Shown here: piece after piece, positions 56,636 to 64,000 of the stretch
Layout: each line of letters starts with the position of its first letter
How positions within the stretch are numbered: the first letter of the stretch is position 1
Assembly (NCBI GenBank): GCA_004552965.1
Contig: SFMU01000002.1
Location: 3,344-67,343, forward strand
Direction: 5' to 3'
DNA length: 64,000 nt
DNA from: Bacteroidales bacterium
Lineage (GTDB): Bacteria > Bacteroidota > Bacteroidia > Bacteroidales > UBA932
Notes under the pieces: model-generated
Databases searched by the model: none
What the model was told of the DNA's origin: nothing
What the model saw: only the letters and a program-made list of their open reading frames with translations
Made by a program: the position numbers and the translations under genes

Positions 56636-56809
56636 CTACTTTGCTGCAGCAACTGATTCCTTTCTGAACTCCTTGAGATCTTTCATGAGTTCGAGAGCGG
56701 CCTTGCGTGCGCGTGCGCCAGCAGCTTTGTTTCCCTTTGCGACCTGTGCGTCAGCATTGGTGACGAAGTCATTGAGTTCTGCCTTGATTTTGGCAACGAG
56801 TGTTTCCAT
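56636..56809 (-). CDS. Histone H1-like (Hc1 family) small protein, 57 aa
   Basis: Manual translation METLVAKIKAELNDFVTNADAQVAKGNKAAGARARKAALELMKDLKEFRKESVAAAK; GNKAAG.RARK motif; tandem TAG TAA stops. Confidence 0.88.
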   Translation of the reverse strand: METLVAKIKAELNDFVTNADAQVAKGNKAAGARARKAALELMKDLKEFRKESVAAAK

Positions 56810-56951
56810 TTTACTGTTTTTTATGAATTATTAGTTGAACTTGGGTTTATTTTCAAAGCATTACCGCTCCAATGTGCACTTATGACAGGCCTAATAAAAC
56901 AATTTATCAATTAAAAAACAAAAAAATCTGATTTTTTTCCGGAGCGGTAGT

Positions 56952-57548
56952 TCAGATACCGGACTCCGGAGTTTCTTCCTTTTTCGGTTTGACGTTCAGG
57001 AAGTTCATAGCCCTGTCCGGGCCGATCGTGGCGAAATTCCGGCAACCTTCGATGACCCTTTTGCAGATCTGGGGCATTGCCTGCATTTCCTCGTCACTGA
57101 GTTCCCCGATCACATAGTCGACTTGCTGGCCTCTGGCGAAGTCGTTGCCGATGCCTACCCTGATTCTGGCCCATGAGGTGCTTTCCAGCCGGGCCTGGAT
57201 GTCTTTGAGCCCGTTGTGGCCACCGTCGCTTCCGCTTTTCCTCATCCTCAAGGTCCCGAAGGGAAGATTCAGATCGTCACAGATCACAATGAGATTCTCC
57301 AACGGAATTTCGAGCTTGTTCACCCAATATCTGACAGCGTTGCCACTGAGATTCATGTAGGTGGACGGCTTCAGCAGAGTGAAGGTCCTTCCTTTGAACT
57401 TTACCTGGGCGATGTCGCCGTATCTTTCAGTTGAAAAAACAGCATTGGATGCCTGTGCCCAGGCATCCAACACCATAAATCCCATGTTATGTCTGGTACG
57501 AGCGTACTCTGCGCCGATGTTTCCCAATCCTGCGACGAGATAGTTCAT
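56952..57548 (-). CDS. pth: Peptidyl-tRNA hydrolase
   Basis: GLGN, TRHNMGF, KPSTYMNLSG, GGHNGLK, RIRVGIG. Confidence 0.97.
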   Translation of the reverse strand: MNYLVAGLGNIGAEYARTRHNMGFMVLDAWAQASNAVFSTERYGDIAQVKFKGRTFTLLKPSTYMNLSGNAVRYWVNKLEIPLENLIVICDDLNLPFGTLRMRKSGSDGGHNGLKDIQARLESTSWARIRVGIGNDFARGQQVDYVIGELSDEEMQAMPQICKRVIEGCRNFATIGPDRAMNFLNVKPKKEETPESGI

Positions 57549-57569
57549 ACCCGATGGATTAAGTCAGAA

Positions 57570-58139
57570 CTATGCTCCGGCCTGCTTAGCCTGGCGGGTA
57601 GCCTTGACTGTGCAGACGATAGTGTTCTTTGAAGAAACTACCTCGATGTTCTCGAAAGCGAGGTCACCTGCAACGATTCTCTTCTCGATGTCGAGATCGG
57701 TGGTGTCGATGGTGAGCTCGTCAGGAAGGTTGGCCATGACAGCCTTGACCTTGAGAGACCTTGCGTTGACTACGAACTTTCCACCCTTCTGGACTCCTAC
57801 AGGGTGTCCGGTGAATGAAAGCGGAACATTGATGGTGATAGGCTTCTCCTCGTTGACGGCAAGGAAATCCACGTGGAGGCAGTTGTCCTTTACAGGGTGG
57901 AACTGGAGCTCATGGAGGATGCAGCTGTACTTCTTGCCATTGTCAAGAACGAGGTCGACAATGTAGGATGCAGGAGTGCAGATAAGACCCTTGAGATCCT
58001 TGTCGGAGACTGTGAAAAGTACGTTCTCCATTCCGAGGCCATAGAGATTGCATGGTACGAGACCTTCTTTGCGGATAGCCTTGATGACGGCCTTGTTTCC
58101 GACTTCGCGGACAGTGCCGCTCAATTCAAAATGCTTCAT
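57570..58139 (-). CDS. rplY: 50S ribosomal protein L25/Ctc (long form)
   Basis: VPCNLYG, ELQFHPV, HVDF, GVQKGG; upstream of pth. Confidence 0.95.
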   Translation of the reverse strand: MKHFELSGTVREVGNKAVIKAIRKEGLVPCNLYGLGMENVLFTVSDKDLKGLICTPASYIVDLVLDNGKKYSCILHELQFHPVKDNCLHVDFLAVNEEKPITINVPLSFTGHPVGVQKGGKFVVNARSLKVKAVMANLPDELTIDTTDLDIEKRIVAGDLAFENIEVVSSKNTIVCTVKATRQAKQAGA

Positions 58140-58277
58140 TTGATTTTTTGTTAATTGTGTTACTCAGTTCCGGCATATTCCGGAACCCCATTGCACCAAA
58201 AGCACAGAGGCTTCCAAATTGGCGTGCAAAGATACGCTTTTTTTCTGAAAACCCAATGCTTGCGCCGTGATTTCAGG

Positions 58278-59651
58278 TCATTTCAGAAGGCCGGTCGCCT
58301 TGTTCCAGCTTTCCTTCCTGTAATACTGTCTCAGAAGAGGTGTGCCCGAATTCGGAAGGAACATGCTCACTCCCGAATATGTCCGGAAAGTGATTTCGCT
58401 CATGAATTCGGGAGTGTTTGCCTTGAAGACGGTGCAGGCATCCAGGGCCTCGCTGAGCTCGAGGATATCGGTTTCCTCAGCCCCGCATTGCCTGAATATG
58501 TCGACAATGTCGTAGAAGTACCTCCTTCCTGTGGAATTCCGGTGGTACGGCTGAACCGAGTAGGTGTCGATGCCGCTGATCTGAGTGCGGTATTTCTCGA
58601 AAAGCCTGCTGCACACGTCGGCGACATGGTCGAGCCCGTCGGTCCGGGCAATCATCACTGTCGACGACCGGTACACGCCGGAACTCTTGTCGTACAGGTC
58701 GAAACTCTCCTTGAGCAGCCCGGTGACATCCGGCTCTGCCGATCCGATGAGATAGTCTGAAATCTTTGTGTAATCGAACATTCCGTTGGCAAGCACCTCG
58801 CACGCGGAACCGCAGATGATGTCCGCCTTGTCCTTGAGGGCGTAGAACAGCTCTATCCCTGCCGTGAAGCACATGTCGAACAGGAGAAAGTCGAGATGGA
58901 AAGGTATTCCTTCTGCAAATTCATCGATGTCCAGTTCTTTGCTGTATGAAACCCCGTTGTGCCTGTAGGTCTCCATCCCGATGCTTCTGGTCATGCCGTA
59001 GAACGGGTCTTCGGTGATGTCGTTCTGCGGGACATCGGCCGCAAAAGCCATCTGCGATATTCCCGTTTCCTCTCCCTCCAGTTCATCGGCATGCTCTTTC
59101 TCGAATTTGCTTGGACTGAAATAGTAGCCTTCTGGCAGCCATCCTGAACCATGTGATGAGAAAACCATCCCGTAACCCTTGGCCGGGAATGTCTCCTTCA
59201 CGAATGAAAGCACTTTCTGCATGGTGGATGTCGAGTTGATGACCGTGCTCTCACCCATGGTGAGCAGGGTGTCGGACCGCATCTTCCCTTCGCCGTCGGT
59301 GTAGACTCTCCTGAGATAGGATTTGACAGGGACGTAATTGCCCTTGTTCATCAGCTTGCTGAAGACCAGCAGGACGTTGTCTTTTCTTCGGGCCGTAGGA
59401 ATGAAGCCTTGCACGAGTTCCTGGTTCATGTCGGAATCCAGATACCCGGCGAGGTCGTTGTACCCGCTTTCGTAAAAGAGCAGGACCCTCCTGGACTCGA
59501 TGAATTCCTTCCTGTCTCCCAGGTCTGTCTTATGTGAATATGCATCCTCATCCAGTCTGGTGTAATTCTCGTCTGGGGTGCAGGCACAGGCAAGAGCGCA
59601 GGCGATGATGAGGGCGCAGATGGTGAAAGATGTTGTTTCCGGACGTTTCAT
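58278..59651 (-). CDS. Clostripain-family (C11) cysteine peptidase, lipoprotein
   Basis: Lipobox-like ALACAC, SSHGSGW (His), LFDMCF (Cys), YSGVSMF; ATG at 59651. Confidence 0.85.
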   Translation of the reverse strand: MKRPETTSFTICALIIACALACACTPDENYTRLDEDAYSHKTDLGDRKEFIESRRVLLFYESGYNDLAGYLDSDMNQELVQGFIPTARRKDNVLLVFSKLMNKGNYVPVKSYLRRVYTDGEGKMRSDTLLTMGESTVINSTSTMQKVLSFVKETFPAKGYGMVFSSHGSGWLPEGYYFSPSKFEKEHADELEGEETGISQMAFAADVPQNDITEDPFYGMTRSIGMETYRHNGVSYSKELDIDEFAEGIPFHLDFLLFDMCFTAGIELFYALKDKADIICGSACEVLANGMFDYTKISDYLIGSAEPDVTGLLKESFDLYDKSSGVYRSSTVMIARTDGLDHVADVCSRLFEKYRTQISGIDTYSVQPYHRNSTGRRYFYDIVDIFRQCGAEETDILELSEALDACTVFKANTPEFMSEITFRTYSGVSMFLPNSGTPLLRQYYRKESWNKATGLLK

Positions 59652-59732
59652 GTCATGTTCCGTTTGTGCTGTCAGGGCACGTTGTCTTTTGACAATTGAC
59701 AAAGTTAATATTTTTTGTGTATTTTTGAGAAT

Positions 59733-60605
59733 ATGGACAGACTCGTAGCCGACTACATCTCATATCTCAGGATAGAGAGGGCAATGTCCCCGAACACCGT
59801 GTCTTCATATTCATCGGATGTGGAGAAGTTCTTCCTTGCAGTTGGAAAAGCTCCCTCCGCCGTCACCACGGATGACCTCAGGGACTATGTCTCTTCACGC
59901 CGGGACCTTTCCAAGAGGTCTCTGGCCCGGACTTTGAGTTCCCTCCGCTCCTTCTTCGACTATCTTGTGATGGAAGGGGAGAGAAAGGACAATCCTTGCG
60001 ATGCCGTGGACCTTCCGAAACTTGGCCGCTATCTCCCGTCAGTCCTTTCCGTCGGAGAAGTGGAAGCGATCCTGGATTCGGTCGACCTGACTTCCTGGCA
60101 GGGCAGAAGGGACAGGGCTATCCTGGAAGTCCTCTATGGCTGCGGCCTGCGTGTCTCGGAAGCCGTCAGCCTCAGAATCTCCTGTCTCTTCCTGGACGAA
60201 GGCTTTGTCAGAGTGGTAGGAAAAGGTGACAAGGAGAGGCTCGTGCCTATCGGAGAAGCGGCTGTCGATGCGGTGAGGGACTACCTTGGGCAGAGGCCTT
60301 CGGCGGCGGTTTCCGAATATGATGACATCCTATTCCTGAGCCGCCTTGGCAAGCCTTTGAGCCGTGTCTCGATGTTCAATATTGTCAAGAGACAGGCCAT
60401 CCTTGCCGGAATCCACAAGGAAATATCTCCCCACACCTTCAGGCACTCGTTTGCCACCCATCTGATAGAGAACGGGGCTGACCTCAGGGTGGTCCAGGAG
60501 ATGCTCGGCCACGAGAACATCCTCACTACCGAAATCTACACCCACGTGGACCGTTCCACCTGGCAGGCTGCTGTCCTCGACCATCACCCCAGGAAACGGG
60601 GATGA
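59733..60605 (+). CDS. xerD: Site-specific tyrosine recombinase XerD-like
   Basis: ERAMSPNT..SY, YGCGLRVSE, GKGDKER.VP, HTFRHSFATH, LGH...TTEIYTH; ATG at 59733. Confidence 0.88.
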   Translation: MDRLVADYISYLRIERAMSPNTVSSYSSDVEKFFLAVGKAPSAVTTDDLRDYVSSRRDLSKRSLARTLSSLRSFFDYLVMEGERKDNPCDAVDLPKLGRYLPSVLSVGEVEAILDSVDLTSWQGRRDRAILEVLYGCGLRVSEAVSLRISCLFLDEGFVRVVGKGDKERLVPIGEAAVDAVRDYLGQRPSAAVSEYDDILFLSRLGKPLSRVSMFNIVKRQAILAGIHKEISPHTFRHSFATHLIENGADLRVVQEMLGHENILTTEIYTHVDRSTWQAAVLDHHPRKRG

Positions 60606-60608
60606 GGC

Positions 60609-61595
60609 TCAAGGCTCGGCAATCCTGCATCTGGCGAGCATGTTTCCCCGCTCTTCTCCGAATATTCCGGCCTTGACAAGGTTTTCTACCGTAAGCTCTT
60701 CTTTGGGGCTGTTCTCCCTGAACAGAACTATCGAATGGGCAGCATACCTGTCAATGTAGGGGTGGGCTTCCAGTTCTTTCTCGGTTGCCGACCATAGCCT
60801 GAAAGGCTCATAGTGTCCTTCTCCGACTTCGATCAGGTCTTCCAGTCCGGCGAACTTTTCCCCGTCGAAATGCGGAATGTCCATCAGCTGTTCCTTGTAG
60901 GAATAGCCTCCGAGTTCTTCCCTGTAGCTGACCATCCTGGCTGCGAAATATTTGCCTATCCCCGGCAGAGTCTCGAAGGCAGCCGAATCGGCTTCATTGA
61001 TGTCCAGGAGCGGAATCGAAATGTATGGTTCCAGACGGCGGTACACGGAATCGGCCACCACATAGGATTTGGCAAAGTCTTCCTTTCTCCTGAACCTGCC
61101 TCCTTTTTTTCTGTAGTTGTCGATGGACTGGGCTTGCTTCAGGCTGAATCCGAGTCTCATCAGATCGTCAATGCTTACGGTGTTCGGGTCGAATCTGAAA
61201 CTTTCCTTCTTCCTGTATTTCACTGACCGGTAAGCCTGCGCAGCCTCGTCGCTCCGCAGGGCATCTTTCCTGACAGTGTCATTGACCGGTGCCTGACCTT
61301 TCCGGACTTCTGTCCTGCGGCCTTTGCCGACGCGGTTCCCGGACAGGTTGCCGCCTTCGGATCCGTTCGTGCCTGCCGCACCGGATGCTCCTCCTGGTCC
61401 GTCTTCCATTTCCGCAAGAGCGTTGCTTACGATGAAGACCGTGTCAGGATTGTCCCTGTCCGCGATGATTCTGGCGACCGAGGCTTTGTGGATGAACAAG
61501 GCGCTCTGGTACCCGATGATGAGAAACACGAGGGCTACTGCGCCTGTGACGAAGGATGCGGACAGCTTTCGGCCGTCCTTCTTGAAGTTTTCCAT
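60609..61595 (-). CDS. ComEA-like helix-hairpin-helix DNA-binding membrane protein
   Basis: N-terminal TM; FDPN....L.RLG, LDINEADS...LPGIG..FA.R...YRE.LGG. Confidence 0.85.
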   Translation of the reverse strand: MENFKKDGRKLSASFVTGAVALVFLIIGYQSALFIHKASVARIIADRDNPDTVFIVSNALAEMEDGPGGASGAAGTNGSEGGNLSGNRVGKGRRTEVRKGQAPVNDTVRKDALRSDEAAQAYRSVKYRKKESFRFDPNTVSIDDLMRLGFSLKQAQSIDNYRKKGGRFRRKEDFAKSYVVADSVYRRLEPYISIPLLDINEADSAAFETLPGIGKYFAARMVSYREELGGYSYKEQLMDIPHFDGEKFAGLEDLIEVGEGHYEPFRLWSATEKELEAHPYIDRYAAHSIVLFRENSPKEELTVENLVKAGIFGEERGNMLARCRIAEP

Positions 61596-61709
61596 AATTG
61601 ATTTAATTAAGTATTATTCAATACTAAGTTTGTGTCCGGTTGCGGGATGCTGCAGGGGTCAGTCCCATGTCGCATTATCGGAGTCGGTTGCCTGGGCACT
61701 TCCTCTGGG

Positions 61710-62429
61710 TCAGTCCTCCTGGCTCTCCATGTCTTTCTTTCTCGATTTCTTTTCAGACGGCGCTCCAGCCACGACAATCACGATCTCTCCCTTCGGCTCA
61801 TGCTCCCTGTACCAGGATGCCACTTCGGAGAGTGTTCCACGTCTGTGCTCCTCGTGGATTTTCGAAATCTCCCTTGCGACGGAACATTCGCGCTCCGGAC
61901 CGAAATGCTCGGCGAATTGTTCGAGGGTCTTCACCAGCCGGTACGGAGATTCGTAGAAAACCATCGTCCTGGTCTCCTTTTCGAGTTCTGTCAGCAATGT
62001 CTGCCGCCCCTTTTTCACCGGAAGAAAGCCTTCGAAGCAGAATCTGTCGCAAGGCAGTCCTGATGAAACGATAGCCGGGATGCATGCTGTGGCTCCGGGA
62101 AGCGTCTGCACTTCGATTCCTTCCGCTGCACAGGTTCTGGCGAGCAGGAAGCCGGGGTCGGATATTCCCGGAGTGCCCGCGTCACTGATCAGGGCGACGT
62201 TGAGGCCGGCGAGAATCTTGTCCCTGACCATGCTGACGGTCTGATGCTCGTTGAATTTGTGGTGAGACTGGAGTTTTCCGTGGATGTCGTACCTGTGGAG
62301 CAGGACACTGCTGGTCCTGGTGTCCTCGGCAAGGATCAAGTCGGCCTCTTTCAGAACCTTCACAGCCCTGAATGTCATGTCTTCCAGATTTCCAACCGGA
62401 GTCGGAACTATGTATAGGATACCTGCCAT
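61710..62429 (-). CDS. rsmI: 16S rRNA (C1402-2'-O)-methyltransferase
   Basis: PTPVGNLED.T.RA, AEDTR, SDAGTPGISDPG, FEGFLP, YESPYR, REISK.HEE. Confidence 0.97.
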   Translation of the reverse strand: MAGILYIVPTPVGNLEDMTFRAVKVLKEADLILAEDTRTSSVLLHRYDIHGKLQSHHKFNEHQTVSMVRDKILAGLNVALISDAGTPGISDPGFLLARTCAAEGIEVQTLPGATACIPAIVSSGLPCDRFCFEGFLPVKKGRQTLLTELEKETRTMVFYESPYRLVKTLEQFAEHFGPERECSVAREISKIHEEHRRGTLSEVASWYREHEPKGEIVIVVAGAPSEKKSRKKDMESQED

Positions 62430-62439
62430 CGCGCCGGCA

Positions 62440-63489
62440 CTAGCTGAATTTTCTCCTTACGGCCATCATGAGCCTGTAGACAGGATCGGAATTGAGGTCC
62501 CATTCGGGGAAATGCTGTTTGACGTATGTCACCGCCTCCTCGAAGCCTGACATGGAGTTGAATGCGGCGATTGTGTCCTGGAAGAGGAGCGGATCCTCCT
62601 TGAACAGGATGTTGATCAGGAGCACTCTGTCGTTGAGGGAGATTGCGCTGATTACATTCTTGACAGGAGAGCCGGCCCTGTCGGTCCGCCATGCCTGCTG
62701 TTCTGCCATCACGTCCATGACGGCCGCATCGGCCGTGATGCTGTCCACGATGGCCTTTCTGCCGCTTTCCGAAGAGGTTTTCTTCTTGACCGGCCTGGCC
62801 GGCTTGGCAGGGACGTCGTCGAAAAACGGAAGGTCGTCCTCTTCAGTCTCCGCTGCAGGTGCCGTTTTCTCTGCCTGGGCGGTTCCTTCCGTCGGTTCTG
62901 CCATTTCCCGGACCGGGGCAACCTCCACAGGTTCAGCTCCGGTCTCCGCAGGGATGTCCTCGACTGCCGCAGTGGCTGATATCTCTGCCGGCATGTCTTC
63001 GGCTACAGGTTCAGCTCCGGTCTCCGCAGGGATGTCCTCGACTTCCGCAGTGGCTTCGGGTTCTTCCGGAATGTCCTCCATTGCAGGCAATCCTGCATCT
63101 TCGGCTTCAGGTATGTCCTCCATTGCAGGAATGTCCTCCATTGCAGTGAAGACTTCCGCTTCCGTCACTTCCGGAATATCCTGGACTTCAGGCTCTGCCG
63201 CAGATGCTTCCTGAATGTCCTCTGCCGCCGCAACGGCCTCTTCCTTCAGATCGGCCTCCTCTCCGTCCATTGCCGGAACAGACAGCGCGGGAGCATCCAG
63301 GCCGATGCCCATGTCGATGTCCGGAATCGTGATGTCGATAGGCTCGGAAGTCTGGGTACCGAAGTCTTCATCCAGATCCGATGAAGGGACAAGGCTTTTC
63401 AATTCACTTTCGAGGGCGGAAATCTCCGCCTTTATGCTTTCTATTCTGGACAGCAGGCCGAATAGCGATTTTCCGTCGATGTTTCCCAT
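62440..63489 (-). CDS. Hypothetical protein: N-terminal coiled coil, acidic repeat linker, folded C-terminal domain
   Basis: Repeated EDIP motifs; C-terminal ISLNDR...LF...F..TI...N...F.EA..Y.....W pattern seen in Bacteroidota hypotheticals. Confidence 0.75.
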   Translation of the reverse strand: MGNIDGKSLFGLLSRIESIKAEISALESELKSLVPSSDLDEDFGTQTSEPIDITIPDIDMGIGLDAPALSVPAMDGEEADLKEEAVAAAEDIQEASAAEPEVQDIPEVTEAEVFTAMEDIPAMEDIPEAEDAGLPAMEDIPEEPEATAEVEDIPAETGAEPVAEDMPAEISATAAVEDIPAETGAEPVEVAPVREMAEPTEGTAQAEKTAPAAETEEDDLPFFDDVPAKPARPVKKKTSSESGRKAIVDSITADAAVMDVMAEQQAWRTDRAGSPVKNVISAISLNDRVLLINILFKEDPLLFQDTIAAFNSMSGFEEAVTYVKQHFPEWDLNSDPVYRLMMAVRRKFS

Positions 63490-63538
63490 AAAAAATCTCT
63501 ATCTTTGTGAGAGTGCAAATTTCAACAAATCTAACGAA

Positions 63539-64000
63539 ATGTTTTTAGAAAACATAAAAAATAACGGATGCATCGAGGTAATATGCGGATCGATGTTCTC
63601 CGGGAAGACAGAGGAGCTTATCCGAAGGATCAGAAGAGCTAAATTCGCCAATCTCAAAATCGAGATATTCAAGCCTTCCATCGACACCCGTTATGCCGTT
63701 GACGATGTCGTCTCCCACGATTTCCACAAGATTCCCTGCCATGCCGTCAGGGATCCCCGGGAGATGCTTGACATTGCGGATGACGTCCAGGTGGTCGGAA
63801 TAGATGAAGCCCAGTTCTACGACCTTTCGCTGGTGGAGGTTGCGCAGACTCTCGCGGACAGGGGAGTGAGGGTGATCATCGCCGGTCTGGACACGGACTA
63901 TCAGGGCAAGCCTTTCGGTCCGATGCCTTATCTGATGGCTGTGGCCGAGGAGGTCCGGAAGGTGCACGCCATCTGTGTCCGCTGCGGCAATCTGGCCAAC
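63539..64000 (+). CDS. tdk: Thymidine kinase (3' end runs off the window)
   Basis: Manual translation IEVICGSMFSGKTEELIRR, FKPSIDTRY, GIDEAQF, AGLD.DY.GKPFG, HAIC..CG. Confidence 0.96.
   Translation, partial: MFLENIKNNGCIEVICGSMFSGKTEELIRRIRRAKFANLKIEIFKPSIDTRYAVDDVVSHDFHKIPCHAVRDPREMLDIADDVQVVGIDEAQFYDLSLVEVAQTLADRGVRVIIAGLDTDYQGKPFGPMPYLMAVAEEVRKVHAICVRCGNLAN

Noticed and set aside
59733..60605. Tyrosine recombinase as marker of an integrated element
   Set aside because: Size and motifs fit housekeeping XerD; flanks are ordinary genes with no att repeats or cargo

Overview
A compact, mostly housekeeping chromosomal segment of a Bacteroidales bacterium. The evidence is TAnnTTTG -7 promoter elements, A-rich start contexts without Shine-Dalgarno motifs, and Bacteroidota-type ArgF', bS22 and Hc1-like genes; an Alistipes/RC9-like gut or rumen lineage is my guess only. 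In order it carries: a divergent GH78 rhamnosidase / GH3 glucosidase pair; guaA-metY; a contiguous 9-gene arginine operon (argR-GNAT-argG-argC-argD-argF'-argB-argE-argH); typA; yceD-rpmF-tRNA-Arg; rlmH plus a large orphan NtrY-like kinase; DUF4783-lnt; HU-bS22-RNase G; lon-ung-coaD-thioredoxin-like; fba; porin-potABCD-transporter; gmk-nadD; alr; tRNA-Gln; tadA; rpmH; tyrS-rbfA-phosphoesterase-polA-ECF sigma-rsmG; tpiA; pepC; btuCD-like; Hc1-like; rplY-pth; clostripain; xerD; comEA-like; rsmI; tdk. I see no prophage, transposase, CRISPR array or defence island, and no clearly new multi-gene system. The best leads are a branched palindromic ~100-bp tandem element between tpiA and pepC, shared sigma54-like promoters with a 15-bp palindrome at two protease genes, a porin heading the polyamine ABC operon, an apparently proofreading-dead PolA, and a Gly90 variant of ArgF'. 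All calls are by-eye motif and family recognition; no searches were run.
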